Assembly (NCBI RefSeq): GCF_030028105.1
Contig: NC_092375.1
Span: forward strand, 167,771,415 to 167,835,414
Reading direction: 5' to 3'
From: Mobula birostris
Taxonomy: Eukaryota
Length of the DNA: 64,000 nt
Position 1 is the stretch's first letter. Every line of letters starts with the position of its first letter. Of this stretch, positions 40,776-54,697 are shown piece after piece. The notes below the pieces were generated by a model, which saw nothing but the letters and a program-made list of their open reading frames with translations, was not told the DNA's origin and did no database searches. The translations under genes were made by a program, and so were the position numbers.

Positions 40776-42646
40776 AAAACTGGCAGGGAACATAAAAACG
40801 TACTGTAAAAGCTTTTATAGATATGTAAAAAGGAAAAGACTGGTAAAGACAAATGTAGGGCCCCTGCAGACAGAAACAGGTGAATTGATTATGGGGAGCA
40901 AGGACATGGCAGACCAATTGAATAATTACTTTGGTTCTGTCTTCACTAAGGAGGACATAAATAATCTTCCAGAAATAGTAGGGGACAGAGGGTCCAGTGA
41001 GATGGAGGAACTGAGCGAAATACATGTTAGTGGGGAAGTGGTGTTAGGTAAATTGAAGGGATTGAAGGCAGATAAATCCCCAGGGCCAGATGGTCTGCAT
41101 CCAAGAGTGCTTAAGGAAGTAGCCCAAGAAATAGTGGATACATTAGTGATAATTTTTCAAAACTCATTAGATTCTGGACTAGTTCCTGAGGATTGGAGGG
41201 TGGCTAATGTAACTCCACTTTTTAAAAAAGGAGGGAGAGAGAAACCGGGGAATTATAGACCGGTTAGCCTAACGTCGGTGGGGAAACTGCTGGAGTCAGT
41301 TATCAAGGATGTGATAACAGCACATTTGGAAAGCGGTGAAATGATCGGACAAAGTCAGCATGGATTTGTGAAAGGAAAATCATGTCTGACGAATCTCATA
41401 GAATTTTTTGAGGATGTAACTAGTAGAGTGGATAGGGGAGAACCAGTGGATGTGGTATATTTGGATTTTCAAAAGGCTTTTGACAAGGTCCCACACAGGA
41501 GATTGGTGTGCAAACTTAAAGCACATGGTATTGGGGGTAAGGTATTGGTGTGGGTGGAGAATTGGTTAGCAGACAGGAAGCAAAGAGTGGGAATAAACGG
41601 GACCTTTTCAGAACGGCAGGCGGTGACTAGTGGGGTACCGCAAGGCTCAGTGCTGGGACCCCAGTTGTTTACAATATATATTATTGACTTGGATGAGGGA
41701 ATTAAATGCAGCATCTCCAAGTTTGCGGATGACACGAAGCTGGGTGGCAGTGTTAGCTGTGAGGAGGATGCAGGGTGACTTGGATAGGTTGGATGAGTGG
41801 GCAAATTCATGGCAGATGCAATTTAATGTGGATAAATGTGAAGTTGTCCACTTTGGTGGCAAAAATAGGAAAACAGATTATTATCTGAATGGTGGCCGAT
41901 TAGGAAAAGGGGAGGTGCAACGAGACCTGGGTGTCATTATACACCAGTCATTGAAAGTGGGCATGCAGGTACAGCAGGCGGTGAAAAAGGCGAATGGTAT
42001 GCTGGCATTTATAGCGAGAGGATTCGAGTACAGGAGCAGGGAGGTACTACTGCAGTTGTACAAGGCCTTGGTGAGACCACACCTGGAGTATTGTGTGCAG
42101 TTTTGGTCCCCTAATCTGAGGAAAGACATCCTTGCCATAGAGGGAGTACAAAGAAGGTTCACCAGATTGATTCCTGGGATGGCAGGACTTTTATATGAAG
42201 AAAGACTGGATGAACTGGGCTTGTACTGGTTGGAGTTTAGATGATTGAGCGGGGATCTGATTGAAACGTATAAGATCCTAAAGGGATTGGACAGGCTCGA
42301 TGCAGGAAGATTGTTCCCGATGTTGGGGAAGTCCAGAACGAGGGGCCACAGTTTGAGGATAGAGGGGAAGCCTTTTAGGACTGAGATTAGGAAAAAGTTC
42401 TTCACACAGAGAGTGGTGAATCTGTGGAATTCTCTGCCACAGGAAACAGTTGAGGCCAGTTCATTGGCTATATTTAAGAGGGAGTTAGATATGGCCCTTG
42501 TGGCTACGGGGGTCAGGGGGTATGGAGGGAAGGCTGGGGCGGGGTTCTGAGTTGGATGATCAGCCATGATCATAATAAATGGCGGTGCAGGCTCGAAGGG
42601 CCGAATGGCCCACTTCTGCACCTATTTTCTATGTTTCTATGTTTCT
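40776..42646 (+). mobile_element. Young CR1 LINE, copy 2, head-to-tail with copy 1
   Basis: Near-identical to 38899-40775; frameshifting deletion near 41770, stop at 42242-42244; (TTTCTATG)n tail. Confidence 0.95.
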
Positions 42647-42699
42647 GAACCAAAAAGATGAAGTAATCAGAAGTCACCGGAAATCGATAACATGTCAGA

Positions 42700-43190
42700 T
42701 AGATAGAACAAGAGAGCACAGGAACAAACCCTTCAGCTCACAATGCCAATCTAAACTCACTCTATATCCCTCTATTCCTTGCCTGTTCACATATTTGTCT
42801 AAATGCTGCTTAAACAATGCTATCATATCTGTTTCTACCACATATCCTGGTAGTGTGTTCTGGACACCTACAATCCTGTTTTGTTTTCAGAAAAAAGCAT
42901 CATGTCTTCATCACAATTTGCTCTTTTCATCTTAAACCTATGCCTTCTCGTATTTTACATTTTCATCCTGTTAAAAAGACTCACCATCCATCCTACCTCA
43001 ATTTTACATACTGTAGTTCTATCAGTTTGCCCCTCAGCCTACCTCCAAAGAAAACAATTCAAGTATGTCCATTTTATATCTAATACCTTCTAATCTAAGC
43101 AACATCCTGGTGACCCTCTTCTCCCTCTGAAGTAGCTACATCCTTCCTGCAATGTAGCAGCCAGAATTGAACACAGTATTCCAAATAGGT
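42700..43190 (-). mobile_element. Old CR1 3' fragment
   Basis: Reverse complement of LEYCVQFW (CCAGAATTGAACACAGTATTCCA). Confidence 0.65.
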
Positions 43191-44329
43191 TAGATAGAAC
43201 TGCAAAGGAAAGCAAGTTGATATCACTTCAAACATGGAGCTGAGTTATAAGGAAAAAAGTTCAAGGAAGTTCCTTTGGCCAAGGGTCAAATTACATTTTG
43301 GCTGTCAAAACATAACAAATTTCGGCAGAGTAATGCCTACTCCAACAAATCAATCAGAACAGAGTATAGGAAAATATCTAATTGATTTTAAAAGGTTTCT
43401 TTTGGTTTAATGTAACTGGACTAAACCAGTAAACTGAAGTGTGACCGCAAAATTCAGTCTCACGAGAGTGAATATCAAGGGCATGAAGATATCATTTAAC
43501 TCGGCAGAGGAAGCGAAAGAAGCTCTGAAATCATCGGTGCTGGGAGATATGGAAGGCGGCCCTTGGCAAAATCCATATGCCCCTCGGGAGGAGATGGAAC
43601 TGCATTAAGAGCTCGGACCAGCCTGTATGCGCAACCTAACAGGCACGGGCAAGTTAACGTCCTAGGTGTGAAGTTTTCTGGTTATTCTTTTATTGGAAAG
43701 TCATTCGTTGCACTTTTGTATTTAGTTAATTAGGGGGCCAATTTGTTTCCGACTATTGCAGGTCAGAGTTTTAAGGTAATGGCTCAGTTAACTTGCTACT
43801 ACAAGGATAACATGGTAAGGTGATAAAAGTCCACCTAGATTTACTTTTTATCTTTTGCTTTCTAAGGTGATACTCAATATACCCAAATGTCATACTTCAT
43901 AAAGAATGAAGCTGAAAAACAGCAGTTTGTTCTGAATAACTTTAGAACGTTATGTCTCCAGTAGACTTGATTATGTTCCTGGGCACCAGATAAGATGTCA
44001 CTGGCGCCATCGCTAAGCGACGGTCTATTAAAGCAACAGTTTCTCGCAAGAGTTCTGTTGGGGTCTCGATTGTATTATACTATATTTGTGATGGAAATGG
44101 TTTTAATTATATAGGTTAATGGGTTTGTCCAGGTTTTTTTTCTTGCCCCTTTGATATGATTGTCTATGAGAACTGCTTTGCCTTTCTAATTTGTTGGTGC
44201 TAGAGGGGGGCGGTTAATGTTAAGTGTCCGACATTGCTAAGTGACACTCACAGATGTTAAGGGGTTGAATGGGGGGGGTGGGAAGGGGGTAACTCAGGGC
44301 TCCTCCAGCAACTTACAACAACAGATCCA

Positions 44330-44776
44330 GGGGAAGATGAGCAATACAGATAAATTAGAAACATCTTCTAAATGATGACTCCCACCTTTCCCTTATGGGA
44401 AAAAAAACACACAAAGTCTGACTGCAGCTAAGAAGATTGTAGTCCAGCGTTGGAAACCTCCCCATGATATTTCAAATACTCACTGACTTCGGAGCTTTTT
44501 GGACATTTCTTACCTGGAACTTACATCAACTTACAAACAATCTTAATGTGGACAAATTTGATAATCTAACTTAAAAGATCTTTTGTTAAAATAGGAATGC
44601 TGTATCTGTGTATGCACTACTATTCAGTTGGTTGGTGGGGGGGGGAGAGGAGTGAAGGGGGGATGGTGATGAAGGTTGGGGGGTGGCTGGGTTAAACAGT
44701 CAAAATATAATTGGCAATTGGTTGTATTGAATGTAATTTGTTGGTGTTGCAATAAAAAATTAGTAATTAAAAAAAA
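44330..44776 (+). mobile_element. L1/Tx1-like LINE 3' end with poly(A) signal and A tail
   Basis: AAKKIVVQRWKPP-like C-terminus; AATAAA near 44751 followed by an A-rich tail. Confidence 0.55.
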
Positions 44777-45279
44777 TTCACTCTCACCTATCAGATAGGA
44801 TAATGAAGACAAGAGATTGCAGGTGCGTGAATACCGAGTGGGGGAAAACACACTTGTGGAACTCAGTATATCAAGCACCTGGACTGTGTTGCAGGGTCTC
44901 GAATCGAAACCCTTGATAGACGCTGCTTGACCAGTTGAGTTCTTCCAAGGAAGAATGTCTTTTGAAATCAGAACACTCCAAAATTCACAACTGCCATCAT
45001 TTTAAACGCACTTTTCACTTTTCCCACTGAACTGACCCTGCAGACCACTCAACTTCCTGACCCATATGTAAGTTGATCGAAAATTTTATCCCCGTGAGTG
45101 CCGATCTCAACTTCCTCTCGTGTGTTATTACTTTTCCCGCATCACACACACAAAAAAAACAATTTTTAACCCCATTAACCTATCCCTCAGCAAGCTGCCT
45201 ACTCCTGACTTTTGTATCCTCTCCGCCGATGCACTTTCTTGCCAGGTTTCCCACTGAAAATAAGGAGAGAGGCATTTAA

Positions 45280-45870
45280 CGCCGGCACGAAATAGTTTCC
45301 ATCACCTTCGTGTTGAATTTCCGTCCCCACCTTTGCTTGCCTTAGTTTGATATAATAGGACGGCGTGGGAGTGATACTTGAAGAACAGCAGGAGCGGAGT
45401 CTGCGCAGAGACCTCTCCGGCGGCCGCCGCCGTCACGTGATTTTCGTGACGCACGGCGCCGAGCCTCGCGATTTCTGGCCCGATCTCGCACGATTGGTAG
45501 TGAGTAGGAATTAGCCCCTGTGGTAAGTTTGTAAACAACGTTAAACGGAGATTGTGATGGCTCGTACTGCTGTCAGAAATGATCGGAGTGCCGTTTATTT
45601 TGGGAATTAATTCAGGTGGCGGTTGTGTCGGTGGTGCTCGGGTGTTTTGCGGGTGGGTGTGTTCGCAGACCTTATTCGTTAATATGGCGACGCTCCCCGG
45701 CCGTCGTGTCCTGGGGTGGGATCGAGATGCTCTCAACTGCATCGGGTTCGTGATCGAGCTCATTCCATTCCGAGAATCAAGTGTTGCACACAATTTCGAA
45801 GTACCCAGCTTTGATCAGCAGGGAGTGACCTTGGTCTGATTTTTGATCGTGGCGGACACGTTTGTATGAG
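45280..45870 (+). promoter_or_regulatory. CpG-island promoter and non-coding first exon (donor GTAAGT at 45523) of a third gene, probably ATF2
   Basis: CpG island; E-box GTCACGTGAT 45432-45441; TCTCGCGA-like motifs; exon reads CCGATCTCGC...CCTGTG|gtaagt, resembling human ATF2 exon 1 as recalled; ATF2 follows ATP5MC3 on the same strand in human. No coding exon identified. Confidence 0.65.
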
Positions 45871-47754
45871 TTGAATGGTCTACGATATTGACAGTCTGGC
45901 CTATACCCCATTTCACAACAGGCAGCTAGTACCCCTCTTCAGTATCACTTTACAGCAGCTTACCCAGTGATGTTGTAGCCTTTTAGGTTACATCTAAGTT
46001 TATTATCGTACTTAACTGCTCCGCTCAAAACAAAATGATTGCTGGTAACGATATAGCTAGATTGGGTACATGAGAACATAAGTAGGGCCAGTGGTATGTA
46101 TTTCTTGCTTCATGAAGTGTATTTTTAACGTGGAGGTATTTCATTCTGTAAACTGAATGTTTTATTGCTGGGATTTTTTATAGACTAGATTTAAAGAAGA
46201 CTAGGGAAAAGGTACATTATGATGCCTAGTGTAGTATCTAAAATTATGTAAATAATAGAAGGAAGCAAATGCAGAGGATTTGTTTTTTAAAAAACCCTTG
46301 GATAAACTGCAGAAGAATGGTTATGAAGAGGAAGCAGTGAAATAGAAGAGAAGTAAGGAGCATATGTGAAACTAAGATTAAGCAAGGAAAAGCACTTTGG
46401 CACAACAATGAGCAGGTAACATAATACAAAGTAAAGAGTATGTAGGAGAGGTCATAAAAATTCTCTGAACGTTGGAACAATATTGAAGTCTGATATATAT
46501 GTATATACATGAACTTGGTTTTTGCTTTGAAGAGAAAAGCATGTATGAAAAGAAGTAAATTTGTTGGTGTAACAGTATAGAAACTGCAGTTTAAGTTCTA
46601 AGTAGGTAGTGGAATTTAATATTTATGAAAAGACAAGGATAATAGCTTAAGACATCAGGTGCAACAATCCTTTAACTCTAAATTTTAATTACTGGAGATC
46701 ATGAGGGTTTTGAAGAATTAAAAATATTTTTGCTGCCTTTGAGGAGATCATAATATAACAAAGAGGACTGGTTGCAAGTACTAAATGCAGTATCTAAAGG
46801 AAAATATAACGTGTATTTTAACATCTAACTATTGGGTTGGAATAATGAATGGTAGTTTTGAAGGTTTGAAATGGGAGAAAGAACAGCCCAGGAAATCTCT
46901 TGCTTTAAAGGATAGGTTAAAGGAGAATTACTTAATAAATCACAAATGGTGATGGAAAGGAAACAGAGGGAGACATAAAATATATTTAGAAAAGAGACCA
47001 TATAGTGGTGGTACATTTTGAATAGCAAAATGTTAAATTTTGTTAAAAACTCATAGTGATTTACTGATGGATAATTAACCAGAATGCTTGCTTTCATATG
47101 ACTTTACAGGAGTATACGATACAGCATGTTCATTGAGATCATTGCTGACCCGTAACCCAATTCCATTGGCCTGCATTGAACCTATAACCTTTCCTACTTT
47201 TCATTAGCAAACATGAAATAGACTTAGATTTTAAATTAACAATTGACTCAAGTAACATTTGCAGAAGGAAGTTTAAACATTTGTATCACACTTAATATTT
47301 TGAAATATTTCCTAATTTCAGTTCTGAAAGGCTTGAATATTTAGATTATGTTCACTGATCCCAACAAAAATTGTTCCTCAATACTCTATCAGTTCCAAGG
47401 AATAACCTGAAAACACAAAGTGCTATTTAACCTTCTACGTTCTTCCAAATTCTAATTGTGCTTTAAATTACTGTTTCTTAAATTATTTCAAGCTATAAGC
47501 TTAAGAGCTGGCAAAAAAGTATATTAAATACAGGATGTGTGTTTACTGCTGCTATTGAAATCTATATGCTGATTGTTTTGTGCAGCTAAGTGCAGTTAAA
47601 ATAACCAGTTAAATGCATTTGTTGTGCCAATGATTTTTGACACTTTTGGTATTTGCAACAGTTTGCATCACGTTACTATATTGAATTAAGAATAATCCGA
47701 AATAGGAAAAATTCTTAAACTGGGAACGGGATAGGTTAAAGAGAAGGTTGTGTA

Positions 47755-48810
47755 TATCAGGAGACCAGAAACACTGCAGATGCTGGAAATCTGTAATGAC
47801 ACACAAAATGCTAGAGGAACTCAGTGCCTCAGACAGCACCAATGGAGGGAAATGGAGTTGATGTTTTGGGTTGAGGACTCTTCTTTGAACTGGAAAGAAA
47901 GTGGAGCCAGTATAAGTGGTTTGGGGGAGAAGATGGGCCAAGTGCTGGTGGTAATAGGTGAATCCAGACAGGAAGGGGAAGATAAGCAGCTGTGGGAGGT
48001 AGGAATGAGGTAAGAAGCTTGGAAATGATATGTGGAAATGACAGAGGGCTGAAGAAGATGAAATCCCACAGAAGAGGACAGTGGGTCATCAAATAAAGGG
48101 AAGAAGGTGAGGAGAGGAGCTGGCTGGAGTAATGTGTGAGTGATGAGCAGATTGAGAGGGCAGGGAAGGAGAAAGAGAAGGGGTATAAGGGCCTCATTGG
48201 AATCACTTTCCATTTCACGCCATCTTCAGTGTCCTTTGTATCCAGGCATAACAGGGATAGAGTTCCCCTTGTCCTCACCTACTGTTTCTCGGGCCTCTGT
48301 ACCTACATATTATTCTTCACAACTTCTGTTATTTCAAACTCGATCCCATCACCAAGCATATCTTCCTCTTCCTTATCTCCACTTTCTGCAGGCGTACACT
48401 CTCTGTGACTCACTTGTCTGCTCATCCCTTCCACTGATTTCTCCCTCCAGGCACATAGCCCTGCAACTGTGTTAAGTGTTACTCCTGCCCCTGCACCTCC
48501 TACCTGGCCCCCAATCAGTCCCCTAAATGGTCTTTCCACATTAGACAGTCCTTCACTTGTGAATCCATCAGTAACATTTATTGCATCTGATGCTCCAGTG
48601 CAGCCTCCTCTATATCAGTGAGACCAAGCACAGATTGAGGGATGACTTCATCAAGCATCTTTGCCCTGTTTCCACTTCCCATTCCCATACTAATATGACT
48701 GATGCAATTTCTTCTACTGCCAAGTTGAGGCCAGATGCAGATTAAGGGAATATCACCTTGTACTCTACCCTGGTAGTCTTCAACCTAGTGGCATAGACAT
48801 CAATTTCCAC
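47755..48810. mobile_element. Older Penelope-like element with an inverted 3' end (47755-48185, -) abutting the GIY-YIG region (48190-48810, +)
   Basis: NRDRVPLVLTY and LYISET-like remnants on +; reverse-complement terminal arm and purine-rich tract before it. Confidence 0.7.
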
Positions 48811-49429
48811 CCCCCCCCCCAACCTGTCCCTTCTGTTCCTCCCCCCACCCCAATGTTCCATTGTTTTCCCTTACATCTGCCATATTTACCCAATTTCCCT
48901 AGGGATCAATAAAGTATATCTATCTATCTATCTATTTTTAATGTGTTTTTTGCATGTATAAAACTTGTTTCTGTTTTGAGGTGGTACTTTTGAAATTTTG
49001 TGACTTTGAGTTCTGTATAGTCCACGTTTAATGGATCCTGCTGGGATTCTTAAATGCAGAAGGTAGTAGTAGATCTGGGATATTTTTCAGATATTTAACT
49101 TTTAATGAAAATGAACTTTTTTCATATGTGGTGATAAGGTCAGGGACCTGAATTGTTAACCGTTTCATTCTTCAATGCTGCCTGACTTCTTGAATATTTC
49201 TATTATTTTCTGTTTCTATTTCAGAATTCAGCATCTGTTACTTTTGCTTTTTGATTGATTGGTCTGGGCAACAGGAATGCTAGAAAATGTATCTTTTGCT
49301 AAAAAATATATGCTTAGTTCTTCTACTTACAGTTGGTGACATTGTTGACCATCGTTTTACCAGCTCCCAAAATTCCTAGTATATAAAGGCCTTGTATATG
49401 CAGATCTTGAACAAGCAAGTTTGTAAGAA

Positions 49430-50235
49430 AGCAAGTTCAGAATAGCCTGAATTCTTTGTGGCAATGGATTCAACAAGGTGCTGGAAGCATTTCTTGGAGA
49501 TTCTAAGGGATCTAATGTGTGCTGAAAAATATTCCCCACACCATTACACCACCAGCAGTTTGGACGTTGACACAAGGAAGGATTAATCCATGAATTCGTG
49601 TTGTTTATGCCAGATTCTGACCCAACTATCTGAATGTTGCAGCAGAAATCAAGTTTCTTCAGACCAGATGATGTTTTTCCAATCTTAATCTATCCGGTTT
49701 TGGTGAGCCAGTGCCCGCTGTGTAGCCTCAGTTTCTTGTTCTTAGCTGACAGGAGTGGAACCTGTTATGTCTTCTGCTGCTGTAGTCCATCCACTTCAGA
49801 GTTTGATATGTTGTGTGTTCGGAAAAGCTCTTCTGCACACCACCATTGTAATGCATGGTTATTTGGGTTACTGTCACCTTGTCAGCTCAAACTAGTCTTG
49901 CCATTCTCCTCTGTCATTTCTTATTGACAAGGTATTTTCTCCCATAGAACTGCTGCTCACTGGATGTTTAAACTTTAGAGACTGTATAAAAATTCTCTGA
50001 AGATCGGTAGTTTCTGAGATGCTCAAACTGCCCTGTCTGTCACCAACAACCATTCTGCAGTCAAAGTCACTTAGTTCATATTTCTTCCTCAATCTGATGT
50101 TTGGACTGAACAACAACTGAACCTCTTGACCATGTCTGCATGTTTTTATGCATTGAATTAGCACATGATTGGCTGATTAGATATTTACATTAACAAGCAG
50201 GTATACAAGTGTGCTTAATAAAGTGGTCATTGAAT
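49430..50235. mobile_element. Non-autonomous Tc1-like element(s)
   Basis: Reverse-complement homology to 18603-19150; terminal AATAAAGTGGTCATTG. Confidence 0.7.
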
Positions 50236-50269
50236 ATATATTAATGTTTTGTTGATAGTGAAATTACAG

Positions 50270-51410
50270 TGAATTGCAAAGAAATCTTGATCAGTTAGGG
50301 AGATAGGCTGAGAAATGGCAAATGCATTGTAGCTGTGTGTGAGGTGATGCACTTAGGATAGTCAAACTAGGAAAGGAATTGTACAGTGAATTGCAGGATA
50401 CTGTCAAGTATTGTGGAACCAATGGATCAGGGAGTACAGGTGCAGTCTGCTGAAAGTGACTGTACAAGTAAGATGGACAGTCAGAGGTTCTATTCCCAGG
50501 GTTTGGAGGGGGTAGGGCAAAGTTAAGGCTCATATACAAGATAAAAGGGGAGAGGTTTAGAAGAGACATAAGAGGCAACTTTACACAGAGGGCAGTGAGT
50601 ACCTGGAATGGGTTGCCAGAGGAAGCGATCAGAGCGTATACCATTGTAACATTTAAGAGGCATTTGGATAGCTATATGGAGGGGAAGAGGTTAGAGGGCT
50701 ATGGACTGAACATTATTTGCATAAGTTTGTGAATGCACAGTGTAATTAAAAGCTTACTTACAGCAGCATCATAGGCACATAGCATCATTAAAGCAACATT
50801 CACAAGCAAAAACAGAATTAAACATACAGGATGCATATTTTTTTCAAGAAAGAACATAATTACAACAAAAAAAGTCAATTTTAGTACAATATGATCAAAG
50901 TGGTCATAGTATTGCTAAGCTGTAAGGTTTAGGGTTTTGCCAGTTGGCTTAAGAACCAAATTGTTGAAGGGATGTAGCTGTTCTTGAACCTGGAGGTGTG
51001 GGACTTCAGGGTTCTGTACCTCTTGTTTGATGATAGTTGTGAGAAAATGGCATGGCCCAAATGGTGGGGATATTTACTGATGGATGTTGCCTTCTTGAGG
51101 CAGCACCTTCTGTGGAGACTAACCGTTGGTGGGGAAGGATGTTCCTGTAATAGATTGGGCAAGGTTCACTACTCTCTGCAGCTGCTTGTGTTCTGAGCAT
51201 TTGTATTGCTGTAACACACCATGATGAAACCTGTCAGAATACTCTCAACTGGGTATTTTGTGACAAGTTTAACCTCTGAATAAAGTAAAGATGATGCTCT
51301 GCTTTCCTTACAATTGCATCTATGTGCTGAGTCCAGGACAGGTTATTCAGTATGCTATTACTCAGGAATTTAAAGTTGTTGACTATTTCCAAAACTGACT
51401 TCCCCCAGTG
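50270..51410. mobile_element. CR1 fragment (+, ~50270-50710) followed by a Rex1-like 3' fragment (-)
   Basis: Homology to other copies in the window; RFKNSYIP motif on -. Confidence 0.65.
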
Positions 51411-53599
51411 TAACATGTAAAGGATGACCTGTCGTTCAATTTTACTCCAATAGAGAATATTTCCAATGAGGAATGGAGGATGGGGATTGGTGAGATCAGA
51501 TACCTGAATGGAACATCCTATTGAAATAGGACTTTGAGAAGATGTTAGTAACCTTAGTGGATGGATTGGACTCTACCATGTGGTTATCTAAAAGATAATA
51601 AAGCTGTGCAAATTAAGGATGTTTCAAATCTACATCTTAAATTTTATTGTTATTTGGTATAATTTATGATAAAAAGGAGAATACAATTGGTCTCCATGTA
51701 TGTTGATATTCACAGCTGAATAACAGCTGGAATGAACGAACAGCGTACTGGAGCTGTGAATCTCAACGAACCAGTGCTTTGAGAGAAATTGGAAAAGGTT
51801 AATTATGTTGTCCACTTAATAGCTGGGTCTTGTACTTTTAACATTCTTGAAATCTGCATAATATCCAGTGAGTACAAGAGAATTACAGTTAAGTATATAA
51901 TTTAGTGTGCGTAAGAAGGTACATACCTTTATAAAATTGTGTACCAAAACATTTATGCATTTCTCTTTTACTCTGTAGGGGTTTTGGAGATGGGGCAAAC
52001 ATGTCACAAATGTTGTTCGATTCTTGGGGAAATTACCTTTCTTGAACAAAGGAATAACCTCCAAACAAAACTGTGGTAAAACAATTTAAAGGACAATCCT
52101 GGGAACTATAGACAAGTGAGTCTTACATCAGTGGTGGGCTAAGTATTGGAGAGGGTTCTTAGAGATAGGATTTATGAGTATTTGGAATAGCATAGACCAG
52201 TTAGGGATAGTACCAGTTAGGGATAGTCAGTGGAGTTTTCTGAGGGGTAGTACACGCCTCACAAATCTTGACTGACTTCAAGGAAGTGACAAAACAAATT
52301 AAAGGTAGAGTGATGGATATCATGTGTCTAGATTTTAGTCATGTGATTGACAAGGTTCCCTAGGTAGACTCATTCAAAAGGGCAAGAGGCATCGGATCCT
52401 CAGAAGTATGGTGGCTTGCCCACAGAATGCAGAGGGTGGTAGTAGATGAAGCATATTGTACAATGGCTAATATGTGAGGGAATAATTTTAAGATGATTGG
52501 GTGATTGAAGGAAACCATAAGGGCGATGTCAGACATAGGTATTTTACGCTGAGAATGGTGGGTACGTGGAACATACTGCCAAGGTCTGGTAATGGAAAAG
52601 AACTGATATACTTAAATTCATAGAATCTTTTCATTATATACCAATAGCAAATACTCAATATTGAGTAGAACAAAAAAAAGTTACAATTTAAGTAATCCTT
52701 GGCTCAGGTTGGAAAATGCTTTTGCTAATGATTCTTGCATCAGGATATACCTCCACCAAAGTCCGAATTCTTAGAACATCCAATGTAAAATGAGACAATA
52801 CTACCTGTTTTGACTTGCATCATGTATCTCATTTTATATCCATTCTAGCTCTAATTTGGAAAACTACTGTGTTAAAATTTAGTTCTTGTGTTGCATTTCT
52901 TGACTGTTCAAGTTGTTGATCTGTGTCCAGCACAATCCATGCAGATGCCATTTGCTGTATACAGATAATATGACAGCAATATATATGCTCAGTGATACCC
53001 TGTAACAAACAAATCTCATGCCAAAGATCTGTTAGATGATAATATATACAGATTTGTAAATGTGGTGGAAAAGTGGTTTAAATTACTGGACAAGAAGTCT
53101 TAGTTTTGAACCATAGATCAGAATCCCACTATACCAGCTGGAGAATTTGAATTTGAATGGTTAAGTAAGTCCTGAAGTGTGGCTGGGGGGAGGCATAAAA
53201 ACTGTCAACAACAACAGAAAACTACTGATGGTTGTTAAGAGCTGCCTGGTTCACTGGAAAAGAAATTTGTTATCCTTGCCTGTTCTGGTGTATTTGTGAT
53301 CTAGGCCCACCATTGTGGTTGACTCTTAGTGTCTCTTCATTTCAGAGTAATTAGGGGTGGATAATAAGAACTAGTGATGACTGTATCCCATAAATAAATA
53401 AATTAAACAAATATTTAAAGTTCCACAAGTGCATAAAGTGGACTCTTAAGAGTTACGCTTTGTTAAGTTAGCCTTGGTGAATTGCTGAATAACATCAAGA
53501 CAAGCAAATTACTTCAATGTTTTCAAAACCAGTTTGGAATTGACAGATGCAGCAAAGCATGTCAGTCAAATCACTGAAATATTTCCCATTTTCTTTCAG

Positions 53600-53639
53600 C
53601 TATCATGTTGATTCTTCAACCATCTGGTACTCTATAAAG
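53600..53639 (+). other. Candidate 40-nt 5'UTR exon of the third gene
   Basis: TTTTCTTTCAG acceptor and AAG|GTAAAA donor in non-repeat sequence. Confidence 0.3.
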
Positions 53640-54436
53640 GTAAAAATATAATATCTAGTATTCACTTAAAAAGACGGGAAGTACTCAGTGAAATCGAACA
53701 AATCTGTGAAAGTGTGCAGAACTCCTTTGAAATGTGATGTTTGTCCTGAGAGGGCCATCTTCTTACAGAATTCTAGCCTTAAGCTTTTCTCCAAACTGGA
53801 GTGATATTGTTCACCTGGGCCATTATTGTAAATTCTTGCCATTGATTTGTATGTTGTTTGTCTCATCTGGGTATTGAATTTGTGAACTAAATGTGAAATT
53901 GTCGGATCTAGAATGAATAGAAAAAAATAGAAATGTTTCTATTTGAAATACTATCATGGAGTGTTCTACGAATGGTAATTGGGTTGAATTTTGAAAATAA
54001 AGAATATGGTATGATACTAATTGGGAAATAACATCATGCACACAAAACTTTCAGTAGTAGTGTTTTCCTTTATTCTGCAGGGAAGTACTCACACCCAACC
54101 GCATCCGACTCCTACCCTTAGTGGTTAATATTTGTACTATTGCTCCTTTGAAGCCAGGACTGGGTAGAATTTTAAAATTTGTAGAAAGCACTTAATTTTT
54201 TTTCCAATAAAGGTGTTAGACTGTTTAGACAGCAGACATAAGCTGTTGGTTCTTAATACACAAAAATATGAAATGATAAATTTTGATAAGAATAACAGTC
54301 AACATAATGATCACTTTCAAAATGTTGGAGCACAAGAATTGCGGGAGTTGGGCAGTTGTGCATGGCCTAAGTAATTAATGATTGCATTTCATTGAAAAGG
54401 TTTTTTGCCCAAAAAAAGACATGGAATCTTGGACTT

Positions 54437-54697
54437 TAACATAGAACATAGAATAGTACAGCACAGTACAGGCCCTTCGGCCCACAATGTTGTGCCGACC
54501 CTCAAACCCTGCCTCCCATATAAGCCCCCACCTTAAATTCCTCCATATACCTGTCTAGTAGACTCTTAAACTTCACTAGTGTATCTGCCTCCACCACTGA
54601 GTCAGGCAGTGCATTCCACGCACCAACCACTCTCTGAGTAAAAAACCTTCCTCTAATATCCCCTTTGAACTTCCCAGCCCTTACCTTAAAGCCATGT
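54437..54697 (-). mobile_element. CR1 3' end
   Basis: (AACATAG)n inverted tail and CR1 3'UTR; matches 14630-14720. Confidence 0.8.

Noticed and set aside
40693-41778. 361-aa ORF as an intact RT gene
   Set aside because: Chimeric read-through from the copy 1 3'UTR into copy 2, then frameshifted.
45302-45839. 163-aa (-) and 86-aa (+) ORFs in the third CpG island
   Set aside because: No recognisable domain; long ORFs are expected in GC-rich DNA.
52196-52227. 16-bp direct duplication ACCAGTTAGGGATAGT
   Set aside because: Simple slippage inside a dead CR1 fragment.
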